A DNA stretch of 64,000 nt from a virus. The notes under the pieces were generated by a model. The model ran no database searches. It was given only the letters and a program-made list of their open reading frames with translations, and was not told the DNA's origin. A program made the position numbers and the translations under genes. Below are positions 40,250 to 50,192 of this stretch, piece by piece (position 1 is the stretch's first letter; each line of letters starts with the position of its first letter). The stretch lies in the IMG/VR virus record IMGVR_UViG_3300032323_003202, positions 7,077-71,076 of that record. The stretch is one strand, 5' to 3'.

Positions 40250-41170
40250 ATGAAATATATGAAAACATATGAGTTTTTCTCATCAGGATTTGGTAGTTCA
40301 TCTTCACCAAGATTTTCAAGTTTAGGTAGTTTTATTACTTGGGCTGACAAAAGATATAGAGAAGAAGAATATGATGATGAAGAATTTGAGGAAATTATCT
40401 CTATATTAGAGAATGAGTGTAAACAATTTCTTGATGAGGTAAAAGAAGGTAAAGTAGGTCCTATTTTTAGAGGTGCAAAAAATATTGATGATACTTATAC
40501 TAAAGGTCTTGGAGTTAAAGGTTCTAGAATTGATAGAGCACCTCTTGATACTAGAAGAGATGTATCAAAGATTTTAGATAATTGTTTTGAGGAAAAATTT
40601 GGAGTTAAACTAAGAAGTAGTGGAGTTTTTGCTTCTAAACTACCAACTGTTGCAAGTGATTATGGTAGACCTTATTTATTTTTCCCAATTGGTGATTATG
40701 AATATTTTTGGAATCCAGATGTAAAAGATTTATATGGTGATATTGAAGGAACACATTGGTATTACATTGATGAAAGTGATTGGGAATGGCAATATGGTCC
40801 AGGAAATAATGGTGATTGGTGTTATGATGGACTTGAGTATGATAATGATATTATAACTGCAGTTAAAAGAGTTAAAGAAGATAATACTGACTTATCAAAT
40901 AAGTCATTTGAATATGTTCAAAAACTTTTAGATTGGGAACCTGCATGTAGTATTGAAGACTATATGCAAGGAGCACAAGCAGAATTACAAAATAATTTAG
41001 AAGATATAGTAAGTGGATATGTTAATAATCAAATGGATAAGATAGTTGACCAAGAAATAACATTTGTTTGTGATAAATACTATTTAGTTGATCCTGCTTT
41101 TTATGTCAAATATTTAGAATACTTAAATGATAAGAATTTAGATGAATATAAAAAAAATAACCCAGATTAA
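40250..41170 (+). CDS. Hypothetical (possible ART-fold) protein with leader MKYMKTYEFF
   Basis: PIFRG..SGVFAS..YG..Y..QEI pattern; weak. Confidence 0.5.
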   Translation: MKYMKTYEFFSSGFGSSSSPRFSSLGSFITWADKRYREEEYDDEEFEEIISILENECKQFLDEVKEGKVGPIFRGAKNIDDTYTKGLGVKGSRIDRAPLDTRRDVSKILDNCFEEKFGVKLRSSGVFASKLPTVASDYGRPYLFFPIGDYEYFWNPDVKDLYGDIEGTHWYYIDESDWEWQYGPGNNGDWCYDGLEYDNDIITAVKRVKEDNTDLSNKSFEYVQKLLDWEPACSIEDYMQGAQAELQNNLEDIVSGYVNNQMDKIVDQEITFVCDKYYLVDPAFYVKYLEYLNDKNLDEYKKNNPD

Positions 41171-41182
41171 ACTGGGTTTTTT
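41158..41182. terminator. Bidirectional terminator
   Basis: AACCCAG-attaaa-CTGGGTT followed by a T-tract. Confidence 0.65.
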
Positions 41183-42138
41183 AATATATCTCTAAATTTT
41201 CCTACTACTGTCATACCTAATATGATTGGATCAATTGCACTATCTAATTTAGGTGTAAATTCAGTTACTACATAACTTGTCTCAAATAATTTAGATATGT
41301 CTTCTCTTTTCTCATTAAAGGCCCACTCAACAAATGGTTTACCCAAAAGAGTTAACATTGAGTGTATCTTCTCAGCACCAAAGTTAGACATTAAGAAGTG
41401 ATAGATTTGTTCATAGTCTAAATCATCATATAAACTTTTGTATAAATCTAATTTTATTTTATTTGATATATTACTTGAACCATTACTTAATGAACCTGTT
41501 TCTAAATAATCTTGAACTTCAACTATTACAGACCTAAAATCTGGAAATTTCTTATTGATAATTGAGATTAAGTCTTCTTTAGGTATTTCACCACCTTCTT
41601 TAGGTAGAATAGTATTATTGATTTTTTTATAGATTTCTTGTTTTAAGAATTTTTCTTCTTCTAATCCTTGACAATCAAAGTCAATCAATTTGATTCTTGA
41701 TTTTAAACCATCAGTTACTTTGTTTATGTGGTTTGTAGTTATTATGAAACGTACATTCTTATTATATTTTTCAATAAAAGCTTTGAAGGCATCTTGGAAG
41801 TTTGTTGAAACTCTTTCAAACTCATCTAAGAATACATACTTTACATCTGAACTAACATCCATTATTGATGAGAATTTACAGAAATCATCAATTTGAGTTC
41901 TAAGAACATCAATAGAAGTATCAAAAGAACAATTAAGTTCTAAAAATGGAGTTTCTTTTGAGTATTTACCTATAAGTATTCTTGCTAAACTGGTTTTACC
42001 AGTTCCATAGTGACCATGAAAAATGTAGTGTTGAGTGACACCATCTTTGAATCTTTCTCTTATTCTTGGTAGTAAGATAACATCTTCCATATTCTTTGGT
42101 CGATATTTTTCCCACAATAATAATTTATTTACTGACAT
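41167..42138 (-). CDS. Sliding clamp loader AAA+ subunit (T4 gp44/RFC-like)
   Basis: WEKYRP, GHYGTGKT, LDEFE, SR. Confidence 0.92.
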   Translation of the reverse strand: MSVNKLLLWEKYRPKNMEDVILLPRIRERFKDGVTQHYIFHGHYGTGKTSLARILIGKYSKETPFLELNCSFDTSIDVLRTQIDDFCKFSSIMDVSSDVKYVFLDEFERVSTNFQDAFKAFIEKYNKNVRFIITTNHINKVTDGLKSRIKLIDFDCQGLEEEKFLKQEIYKKINNTILPKEGGEIPKEDLISIINKKFPDFRSVIVEVQDYLETGSLSNGSSNISNKIKLDLYKSLYDDLDYEQIYHFLMSNFGAEKIHSMLTLLGKPFVEWAFNEKREDISKLFETSYVVTEFTPKLDSAIDPIILGMTVVGKFRDILKNPV

Positions 42139-42198
42139 ATAATTTCCTTTACATGATATATTGAAATTACAAAGAAAAGTTTTTTAATATATACAAGT

Positions 42199-43101
42199 AT
42201 GATAGGAGAAAGATTTAATTTTGAAGATGTATTTTTTAGAGACCTTACAATTTGTGTACTTGATACATTAGAAGGACAAGTAAAGTGGATTAATAGATTT
42301 TCATCAGGTGATAAATATGTGAATGTACCCTTCTATTACTCAATGACAGGTGATGAAAGATTTTTATTAGATTCATTTGTTGATGATATAGTTTCTGGAG
42401 ATTCTTCTGGTAATGGTAGATATGTTGAATTAAATACAGATATTATACCAAGAGGACATGTCACAATGACTGGATTTAATATTAGAGCTGATGAGTATGC
42501 AAATCCAAATGTTTGGTTAAGAACAGTTGTTGAGAATGAAGTAGAGATAAGAAAATTAATTGGTAGAGTTAGATCTGTTCCTGTTTCAGTCACTTATGAC
42601 TTGGAAATATTATTATCAAGTGAATTAGATATATTTAAGTGTAGTCAATCAGTTATGGATACCTTATGGATTTATAAGTTTATGTATTTTGAACATAACT
42701 TTATGAATATAGATGCTGTTATTTTGATGCCTGATACAAATGGTATAGAAATATCAAGAGAAAAAAATCTGACAAGTGATAATATGGTTAAGTTAAAAGT
42801 TTCTTTTGAAGTACAAACTTATTATCCTGCATTTAGAAAAGATAGAATTGATATGCCAGGATATTCAAAAGGAACAGGACAATCAGATATGAATGGATAT
42901 TCAATTGAAGGAGGTTTCTCTGATTACTTTAACCAACCAGGTTCCACACAATCAAGCTATTACAATCAAGATAATTACTTTTTACAACCAAAAAGAACAA
43001 GATGGTTTAATAATATATTAAGAGCAAGGGAACAATCAAATGCAAGAAATGATAATCCTAGTTCAAGAGGAATACAAAATAGGAATACTAATAAAGATTA
43101 A
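42199..43101 (+). CDS. Tail terminator / sheath stabilizer (T4 gp15-like)
   Basis: VPFYY..ERFL..IPRG..VPVSVTYDLEI pattern. Confidence 0.65.
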   Translation: MIGERFNFEDVFFRDLTICVLDTLEGQVKWINRFSSGDKYVNVPFYYSMTGDERFLLDSFVDDIVSGDSSGNGRYVELNTDIIPRGHVTMTGFNIRADEYANPNVWLRTVVENEVEIRKLIGRVRSVPVSVTYDLEILLSSELDIFKCSQSVMDTLWIYKFMYFEHNFMNIDAVILMPDTNGIEISREKNLTSDNMVKLKVSFEVQTYYPAFRKDRIDMPGYSKGTGQSDMNGYSIEGGFSDYFNQPGSTQSSYYNQDNYFLQPKRTRWFNNILRAREQSNARNDNPSSRGIQNRNTNKD

Positions 43102-43169
43102 TAAAAAGTGGGAAAAAATGGCTTTTTAATATAAATATATAGTATATAAAAAAAATAATATTTAATAAT

Positions 43170-44450
43170 ATGAAGAATCTTAAACTTGAATTGTTTAACT
43201 TCAAAAAGGATCTTGCTTTAGACCAGGAAGAGATATTTGTAATTGTGGAAAGCCATATGAATGCTTGTAATCAACACTCTGAGAAAACTATAATTACTTC
43301 ACTTAATGAAAGATTAAAGCCTTATACTTATGATAAGGATGTTAAATCTTTATTAGAGAACCTTAATGATGATGTAGCAAACTATGAATTGTTATATGAA
43401 TTAAAAAACTTATATAGTGTCCTTAATTCTAAAAATCAAGGTGAACTTTATAGACAACCTATAAATGTTTTACTACAAACTATTAATTTAGAGACTGATC
43501 AAGATAGAATGTCAAAAGTTCTTAATGAGTTAGCAGTTTATGACTGGGTTCCAGAAATTAAAGTATTTGTTCATAACTTAACTAAATCTCCAGAGAAAAG
43601 AAATAATCTTTTAAGTGGTGGTAATGCTGAATCAATTTTTACAATTGTTGAGCAAGTTGAAGAAGGACACATTGCATTAGTTAGAGATTCTTGGTTTTTA
43701 TTAACTGAAAATTCAATTGAAAAAACTTTATTAGAAAACCATGTTAAAGATATGGAAGCTTTACAAAGTTTAAGAACATTGGAAACAGCTATGAAATATG
43801 CCTCAGTTACTGAAAATAGAATCAATTTCAGAATTTCTGAATATATGACTATTGGTTTAGGAGTTGGTAAAAAAGCTCTTTTCATCAATGATGATGAATT
43901 AAATGGTGAAACTACATTAGAAAGTTTATTTAATTCTCCAATTGTTCCAATTGTAAACAAAAACTTTTATCCAGTTTTATTAGAAACTTCTAAAAACTTA
44001 GATAAATTTGTTGAATTAGATGTTGTTAAAAGAGTTAATAACTTAATTAATCCTTATTTAGAAGTATTTGCATTCAATTACAAAAATAATACATTTGTTT
44101 ACAGATGTGATGAGAGATATGGTAATTCATTCTTCAAATATGAATCAGCTTTAGAATTAGTAAATGAAGTAAGAAATGAATTAAATTGTGACTTAACTTA
44201 TTTCTATGAAAATAAATTAGGTAAAGAGTTAATTGTTAAAAGAAAACTTGAAGATAAAGAAAGAGAAATTACTCTTAAATTGGAAGATATTTACTTTAAC
44301 ATTGAAAAAATTAAAGGTTCTATCCAAATGATTGGTGAGTCAGAAACTTTAACAACTGCTCTTAAAAACTTAGAGAAAAGAAGTGCAAATCTTAATACTG
44401 AATTAAATGCAGTTAAAGAATTACAATACAAAGAAAGAATTAGAGGATAA
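43170..44450 (+). CDS. Hypothetical, probably structural, protein with C-terminal coiled coil
   Basis: 426 aa; preceded by AATATATAG. Confidence 0.65.
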   Translation: MKNLKLELFNFKKDLALDQEEIFVIVESHMNACNQHSEKTIITSLNERLKPYTYDKDVKSLLENLNDDVANYELLYELKNLYSVLNSKNQGELYRQPINVLLQTINLETDQDRMSKVLNELAVYDWVPEIKVFVHNLTKSPEKRNNLLSGGNAESIFTIVEQVEEGHIALVRDSWFLLTENSIEKTLLENHVKDMEALQSLRTLETAMKYASVTENRINFRISEYMTIGLGVGKKALFINDDELNGETTLESLFNSPIVPIVNKNFYPVLLETSKNLDKFVELDVVKRVNNLINPYLEVFAFNYKNNTFVYRCDERYGNSFFKYESALELVNEVRNELNCDLTYFYENKLGKELIVKRKLEDKEREITLKLEDIYFNIEKIKGSIQMIGESETLTTALKNLEKRSANLNTELNAVKELQYKERIRG

Positions 44451-44656
44451 TGAAACATTTAAAACAATTTAATGAGGGTAAAGAAGAAATAATGGCAGCC
44501 ATTGTTGTTAAAATATTTACTTTAATAGGATTTGATGTTGATGATGATGGAATAGTTACTTGTAAAACCAAATTAGCAAGATATATGAGTGATATATTAG
44601 TTAGAGAGGGAAAATTTGAAAAGATTGAACATAATAAATATAAAGCTAAAGTATAA
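44450..44656 (+). CDS. Small protein with leader MKHLKQFNE
   Basis: TAATG-coupled to the upstream gene. Confidence 0.6.
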   Translation: MKHLKQFNEGKEEIMAAIVVKIFTLIGFDVDDDGIVTCKTKLARYMSDILVREGKFEKIEHNKYKAKV

Positions 44657-44657
44657 T

Positions 44658-44695
44658 AAAAAATACTCAAACAAAAAAGTTTGAGTATTTTTTTT
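44658..44695 (+). terminator. Intrinsic terminator
   Basis: AAAAAATACTCAAAC-aaaaaa-GTTTGAGTATTTTTTTT. Confidence 0.8.
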
Positions 44696-44706
44696 ATATA
44701 TAGATT

Positions 44707-45360
44707 ATGTATTCATTATATGTTTTAAAAGATCCAAATACTTTAATAATTAGATATGTAGGTTATTCAAATAGTCCTAAAAGAAGATTATGGGAGCATA
44801 TAAGAGATGCTAAAAAGGGTGTTAAAACACATAAATCATACTGGATAAAATCATTAATTGACAATCAGCAATCTCCATTAATTGAGATTTTATATAATTG
44901 TGATAATCATGATGATATATTACACAAAGAGATTGAACTTATAAAAGAACTTAAAGATAATGGTATTTTATTAACTAATTTAACTGATGGTGGTGATGGT
45001 CAAAGAGGTAAAAAATTAGATAGAAATCATCCAATTATAAATTACAATCTTGGTAAAAAGATGTCAGATGAAACTAAGATAAAACTATCAGAATCTAGAA
45101 AGGGTATAGTCTTTACTGATGAACATAAAAATAAATTATCAATTAAAAAAACTGGATATAAAAGGAGCTTAGATTCAATAGAGAAACAATCATTAACCAA
45201 ATCTTGTAAAATAAAAGTTCTATATAATGATGAAGTTTTCATATTTTCTAAAAAATCAGAAGCTGTTAAATTTACTGGGGTTAACTCAAACCAAATAGAT
45301 AAATTAATAGAAAAAGAAGAAAAATCTAAAAAAGGTTACTTTTTTATTAAACTTTATTAA
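44707..45360 (+). CDS. GIY-YIG homing endonuclease with NUMOD3-like repeats (free-standing)
   Basis: SLYVL..RYVGYS..RRLWEH..E..LTNLTDGGDG; MSDETKIKLSES. Confidence 0.85.
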   Translation: MYSLYVLKDPNTLIIRYVGYSNSPKRRLWEHIRDAKKGVKTHKSYWIKSLIDNQQSPLIEILYNCDNHDDILHKEIELIKELKDNGILLTNLTDGGDGQRGKKLDRNHPIINYNLGKKMSDETKIKLSESRKGIVFTDEHKNKLSIKKTGYKRSLDSIEKQSLTKSCKIKVLYNDEVFIFSKKSEAVKFTGVNSNQIDKLIEKEEKSKKGYFFIKLY

Positions 45361-45375
45361 TCATAAATATATAAC

Positions 45376-45423
45376 ATGAAACCATTAAAGGTAAATAAAG
45401 AGTTTAACTCTTATAAAAAATGA
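45376..45423 (+). other. 15-aa upstream ORF before the late sigma gene
   Basis: ATG..TAT AAA AAA TGA (MKPLKVNKEFNSYKK*), directly after AAATATATAAC. Confidence 0.5.
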
Positions 45424-45433
45424 TTTAAAGGTT

Positions 45434-45799
45434 ATTTATTTAAACAATAAAGATCTCTACATAGAGATCATAGTGTCAAAAGCACAGGGAAGACTAACAA
45501 GAAATGCTGAGAAAATGCTAGAACTTTTAGCAAAGAAAACAATCAAAAAAATGAGATACTGGTCAAATGATGACAAGTTAGATTGTTACCAAAGTGGATT
45601 ATTAGATATGTTCCAAAACTGGTATAACTTCAATGAAGACAAATCAATTAATGCATTTGCTTACTTTACAGAGATATTCAAAAGAGGATTAGCAAAAGGA
45701 TGGAATGATCTTTATAAAAAGAAAGGTGATAATGAACATCAAATTAAACTTATTTCAATAAATAGTGCAAATGATGGAAATGGACTCCACTCAATCTAA
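45434..45799 (+). CDS. Late-transcription sigma factor (T4 gp55-like); start uncertain
   Basis: YLNNKDL..IIVSKAQG..FNEDKSINAFAYFTEI; the conserved N-terminal motif lies upstream of the tracked GTG at 45473. Confidence 0.75.
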   Translation: MYLNNKDLYIEIIVSKAQGRLTRNAEKMLELLAKKTIKKMRYWSNDDKLDCYQSGLLDMFQNWYNFNEDKSINAFAYFTEIFKRGLAKGWNDLYKKKGDNEHQIKLISINSANDGNGLHSI

Positions 45800-45944
45800 T
45801 ATTAAAGTATATGATATAGTGGTAAATCCTGGATTTGGTTCTGCCACTATAACAAATACAATGTCTATTTTTCCACCAAAGAATGTTATAAGAAAGAAAA
45901 AGATAGAAAACTTATTAGTGATTTTTGATAAAAGTAGTAAATAA
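45771..45944 (+). CDS. 57-aa protein with RKKKIENLL motif (not in ORF track)
   Basis: Read manually; overlaps the sigma 3' end; start could be 45771, 45774 or 45780. Confidence 0.45.
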   Translation: MMEMDSTQSNIKVYDIVVNPGFGSATITNTMSIFPPKNVIRKKKIENLLVIFDKSSK

Positions 45945-45950
45945 AGACTA

Positions 45951-46262
45951 ATGAAAAATTTATCAGAGACTATTATTCTTCAACTTTGGGAAGAATCTAT
46001 TAAAGGAAAAGGTTCAAGACCAGATGGTTGTTCTATACATATAGACTTAGAAAGTAGATTACATTATATCAATACAGAATATGAATTAAGACAATCAAAT
46101 GTTATTCCTGATGAATATGAAGTAGCAGTTGGTACACCAATTAAAGTTCATGTAACTGATAATATCTATAATATTCTAAAAGAAGAAAAATCAATTAGAT
46201 TATTACAAACAGAACTAAGAAACTTAGTTGATTTAAAAGAAATTGAATATATTTTAAATTAA
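45951..46262 (+). CDS. Hypothetical protein
   Basis: WEES..G.RPDGCSIH motif. Confidence 0.65.
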   Translation: MKNLSETIILQLWEESIKGKGSRPDGCSIHIDLESRLHYINTEYELRQSNVIPDEYEVAVGTPIKVHVTDNIYNILKEEKSIRLLQTELRNLVDLKEIEYILN

Positions 46263-46789
46263 AGACTGAACTTTTTTAAGTGATTTTCTGTTATAATTAT
46301 AAAGTCATAACCCTTTTTATTACACCATGCAATCATAGTTTCCCACTTATTTTTATTCTTATAAGCCATCTTTAAATCATACTCAAAACTTTTTAACTTT
46401 TTCAAACTTGTTTCAGGTACATTTGCAAATTTACCTTCATTTAATTGTATAACCATATCATATTCTTTTTGTGGTTTAACCTCAACAACAACCTCTTTAA
46501 GAGTTCCATCTGCTAATCTCATTCTATAAAAGAAATCAGGATAATATCTGTGAGCTTTAACTTTTGTATCACCATTATCAAAGTGTGTCATTTGATATGG
46601 TATTTCTAAACATTCTGCACCCCATTGAAATATTTCTGGTTTCATATCCATCCAAAACATAATCTTCTTCTCCCAAGATGAACGATAATACACACCACCC
46701 TCTGTGTTAAGTTTTAAGACCTTATCTTTATTCTGAGGTATAAAGTTACCACCATGAAATTTTGAGTTGTTAGGTTTAGAATTTATCAT
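46259..46789 (-). CDS. Head completion nuclease (T4 gp4 / TnsA-like)
   Basis: YRSSWE, W..E..IPY, HRYYPDF, VEVKP, KW, FIIITE. Confidence 0.9.
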   Translation of the reverse strand: MINSKPNNSKFHGGNFIPQNKDKVLKLNTEGGVYYRSSWEKKIMFWMDMKPEIFQWGAECLEIPYQMTHFDNGDTKVKAHRYYPDFFYRMRLADGTLKEVVVEVKPQKEYDMVIQLNEGKFANVPETSLKKLKSFEYDLKMAYKNKNKWETMIAWCNKKGYDFIIITENHLKKFSL

Positions 46790-46832
46790 TGTTTGATTTA
46801 CTTTTTTTTATATATAAAAATAAAAATCCCTT

Positions 46833-47528
46833 ATGGCTGAACTACTAGAAAGAGTTAAATTAAACTTACTTGTTAATGGAGATGGAATTGTTGAGAACTT
46901 TAAGAATAACTCACTTTTCTTTTATGAAAAGTATAATCAAAGTACACCAGATGTATTGGCTATTAGTACTACTGATATTTATCCAGGAGGTTTTTATTTC
47001 TTTCATTATTTAGATGATTCAAATTGGATGAAATATTCACCAGTATTTGTTGCAGATTTTAAAAAGTTTGATGATAAAGTAGTTTTATTTGCTGTTAATT
47101 TTAATTTTATACCAATGGAGATAAGAGCAATGTTATTTGATAACTTTATTCTACCAGAAGACTTTGAAAAAAATAGTTTACTAAAAGTTGATTATAATGG
47201 TATGTATAATGAGATTAGAAGGTTAGGATTTGAATATGCTTTAATGGAGTTCAATGCAATTCAATTAGTAAGAGTTCATAGAATAAGTTTAGAGTTACTA
47301 CCAAGATTTTTATACTCACAACATCCTATAAATAAATATGATCCAAATAAATTAATTGAAATATGGGCTGCTAAGATTGGTAAAAGAGATGAAAGACATA
47401 AAGAAATAATGACATCTGCACTAGATGACTTTTATGATGTTAATAAAGAGATTTCAGAAAAGTATAATGTGATGAAGGATCATATTAAGAGATTGCAGAC
47501 AAGTCTTACCAAGTATGGGAAAAGATAA
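46833..47528 (+). CDS. DNA end protector (T4 gp2-like)
   Basis: PGGFYFFHY..SPVF..AVNFNFIP..R pattern; divergent from gp4. Confidence 0.6.
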   Translation: MAELLERVKLNLLVNGDGIVENFKNNSLFFYEKYNQSTPDVLAISTTDIYPGGFYFFHYLDDSNWMKYSPVFVADFKKFDDKVVLFAVNFNFIPMEIRAMLFDNFILPEDFEKNSLLKVDYNGMYNEIRRLGFEYALMEFNAIQLVRVHRISLELLPRFLYSQHPINKYDPNKLIEIWAAKIGKRDERHKEIMTSALDDFYDVNKEISEKYNVMKDHIKRLQTSLTKYGKR

Positions 47529-47587
47529 AATATAGAAAAATGTGTAAAATATAGAAAAAGAGGAAACACATTTTTAATATATACTAT

Positions 47588-47725
47588 ATGAAGGCAAAAG
47601 ATGTAATGTTAAAGTATAGTATAACAAGAAGAACCCTAAGTAATTGGGTTAAGAAAGGTATAATTGAAGTAGAACTTACTCCAACAGGTAGATATATTTA
47701 TATTGAAAAAAAGAAAGAAATATAA
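47588..47725 (+). CDS. 45-aa MerR/excisionase-type HTH protein (not in ORF track)
   Basis: MKAKDVMLKYSITRRTLSNWVKKGII..TPTGRYIY; TAATG-coupled to the HNH gene. Confidence 0.7.
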   Translation: MKAKDVMLKYSITRRTLSNWVKKGIIEVELTPTGRYIYIEKKKEI

Positions 47726-48417
47726 TGAAAAGTTGTAGTAAATGTAAAATTGAAAAAGAATTTATTCATTTTCATAAATGTTCAAAGAATAAGATTGGAT
47801 ATAGGTCACAATGTATTTCTTGTGGAAATGAATATAAAATTCTAAATAAAGATAAACAAAAAGAATATTTTAAAAATAGAAATAATTCAAAAAAAGAAGA
47901 ATTAAAAGTAAAAGCATCAGAGTATTATTTGATAAATAAAGAAAGAATTATATCAAAAACTAAAGAATACTATGACAATAATAAAGAATCTAAATTAGAG
48001 TATCAAAAAGAGTATCAAAAAAACAATAAAGATAAAAGAAATTCTTACCTAATTGAAAGAAGACAAAATGATCCTTTATTTAAGCTAATAACAAATGTTA
48101 GAAATTTAATATATAATTCATTCTATTATAATGGATATTCTAAAAATTCAAAGACAGAAGAACTATTAGGTTGTTCTTTTGAAGAACTAAAGCAACATTT
48201 AGAATCTAAATTTGAACCTTGGATGACTTGGGATAATAGAGGATTATATAATGGTGAATTAAACTATGGTTGGGATATTGACCATGTTATACCATTATCA
48301 AGTGTAAATGAAGAAATTGATATAATAAAATTAAATCATTATACAAATTTACAACCACTCTGTAGTAAAGTAAACAGAGATATAAAGAAAGATAATTTAG
48401 AATATGGCGTCATATAA
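47725..48417 (+). CDS. HNH-type homing endonuclease with N-terminal Zn ribbon
   Basis: CSKC..CISC; WDIDHVIPLSS..LNHYTNLQPLC..N. Confidence 0.8.
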   Translation: MKSCSKCKIEKEFIHFHKCSKNKIGYRSQCISCGNEYKILNKDKQKEYFKNRNNSKKEELKVKASEYYLINKERIISKTKEYYDNNKESKLEYQKEYQKNNKDKRNSYLIERRQNDPLFKLITNVRNLIYNSFYYNGYSKNSKTEELLGCSFEELKQHLESKFEPWMTWDNRGLYNGELNYGWDIDHVIPLSSVNEEIDIIKLNHYTNLQPLCSKVNRDIKKDNLEYGVI

Positions 48418-50158
48418 CAATTTTGACACAAATAGTAACACTGCAAACTTTGGAGCTGCTGGACAATCTGCAGTAGAAAACAAAGGACTATTTAATAGGA
48501 TATTAAGGACTTTATCATCTTATGGTATGAACTATGATGATATGATTATTAGAAATCAAGTAGGTATTGGAATTAATGAAGATCCATATGCTGCTCGTGG
48601 AAATTCGATGTATGATTTCTTCTCCCAAAGGGCTGTAGCATCTGTATTAAACAGAAAATCAATACCTTATCTAGACAAAGCTTATGCAGATAAAAGAAGA
48701 ATTTTAAGAGAGTATTCTATTAAAGATGAGATTAGAGACTTTGTGAGTTCAATTGCTGATGAGTGTATAGTTTATAATGATGAGAGAGATTTCTGTTCAC
48801 CAGTGGCTTTACCAGTAGAATATTCAACAGAGATACAAGATAAGTATCAAGAGTACTTTGAATCAATTTATAACAAGTTTGGTTTCTCTGATAACATTAC
48901 TGCATGGAATATGATGAAAGACTTTTTAGTTGATGGTTATGTTGCACTTGAGATTATATTTGATGATAAAAAGAAAAATATTATTAGTTTCAATAGATTA
49001 AGACCAGAGACTTTAGTTCCTGCATATGAACCAGCAATTGGTCATTTATGGATTCAGTTTCCTGAGGATCCACAATTAAGAAGAATATTTTTAGATTCAC
49101 AGATAGTTTATGTTTCTTATTCAACTCAAAATGAATTTTCAGAGACATCTTATGTAGAGGGTTTGATTAAGCCTTATAATCAATTAAAAATATTACAACA
49201 AACAAGAATAATGTTTAACATTATTAATGCAACTATTTATCAAAAGTTTACTATTCCAATCAAAGGTATGTCAAGACAAAGAGCAGAAGAGCAAATAGGT
49301 CAATTAATACATGATTATTCAGAAGAAGTAGAATGGGATGATTCATTGGGAACTTTAACAATTAATGGTTCTAAACACTTACCTTATAACAAACAGATTT
49401 GGTTTCCTGAGGGAGATGGTGGGACACCTAATATGGAATTAGTTTCTCCACAAGGTCATAACTTAAATGATGACACAATGTTAGATTGGTTTTTCAAGGC
49501 ACTAAAAAGGGCATCTAAAATACCAATGTCAAGATTTGAAGGTGATAATGGTGGTGGTAACTTAGTTACTGATGCAGCTGAGATGACAAGAGATGAGATT
49601 AAGTTTCACAACTTTGTAAATAGATTAAGATCTAACTTTAAAGAATTAATTGTTAAACCATTAAGACTACAGATGTTAATTGAATTTCCTGAATTAAAAG
49701 ATGACCAGTTTTTTACAAATGCTATTGATGTTAATTTCTTTACCAATCAAGTATTTGAAGAATGGAAAAAGATAAACAATTTAGAAAAGAAAGCAGGTAT
49801 AGTTGGTACTTTACTTGGTGTTATGAATGGTGAGAAACCATACTTTCACATTGAATGGATTATGGATAATGTATTCAAACTTACTCCAGAAGAAAAGGCA
49901 GAAAATGCTAAGTACTGGGCAATGGATGTTGCTAATCAAGCAGCTGCAGCAACTGGTGAACCTGGTGCTCCATCAGAAGGTGGTGGAGGTGGTGGCTTTG
50001 GTGGTTCTGGTGAAAGTGGTGAAATGCCTGGTGGTGGAGGTCAAGCAGCTCCACAAGCAGCACCTGAAGCTCCTGCACAAGGTGGAGGTCAAGCAGCACC
50101 TCAAGCAGCACCAGAAGCTCCTCCAGCACCAGAGGGTGGAGGTGAGTTTGAATTCTAA
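48404..50158 (+). CDS. Portal protein (T4 gp20-like)
   Basis: FLVDG, SYVEGLIKPYNQL, KIPMSRF, EMTRDEIKFHNFVNRLRSNF; Gly/Ala/Pro tail. Confidence 0.92.
   Translation: MASYNNFDTNSNTANFGAAGQSAVENKGLFNRILRTLSSYGMNYDDMIIRNQVGIGINEDPYAARGNSMYDFFSQRAVASVLNRKSIPYLDKAYADKRRILREYSIKDEIRDFVSSIADECIVYNDERDFCSPVALPVEYSTEIQDKYQEYFESIYNKFGFSDNITAWNMMKDFLVDGYVALEIIFDDKKKNIISFNRLRPETLVPAYEPAIGHLWIQFPEDPQLRRIFLDSQIVYVSYSTQNEFSETSYVEGLIKPYNQLKILQQTRIMFNIINATIYQKFTIPIKGMSRQRAEEQIGQLIHDYSEEVEWDDSLGTLTINGSKHLPYNKQIWFPEGDGGTPNMELVSPQGHNLNDDTMLDWFFKALKRASKIPMSRFEGDNGGGNLVTDAAEMTRDEIKFHNFVNRLRSNFKELIVKPLRLQMLIEFPELKDDQFFTNAIDVNFFTNQVFEEWKKINNLEKKAGIVGTLLGVMNGEKPYFHIEWIMDNVFKLTPEEKAENAKYWAMDVANQAAAATGEPGAPSEGGGGGGFGGSGESGEMPGGGGQAAPQAAPEAPAQGGGQAAPQAAPEAPPAPEGGGEFEF
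50030..50125 (+). repeat. Duplicated GGGQAAPQAAPEAP unit in the portal low-complexity tail
   Basis: GGTGGAGGTCAAGCAGC..CAAGCAGCACC..GAAGCTCCT occurs twice. Confidence 0.8.
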
Positions 50159-50165
50159 TAAAAAT

Positions 50166-50192
50166 AAAATCCTTTCAATTGAAAGGATTTTT
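50166..50192. terminator. Bidirectional terminator
   Basis: AAAATCCTTTC-aatt-GAAAGGATTTTT. Confidence 0.8.

Noticed and set aside
39396-42138. Eukaryotic giant-virus origin suggested by SET and RFC-like genes
   Set aside because: Portal, gp23-type capsid, sheath, tube, gp55-like sigma and tmRNA indicate a tailed bacteriophage.
47588-48417. IS607 element
   Set aside because: Only the HTH is present; there is no serine recombinase domain or TnpB.
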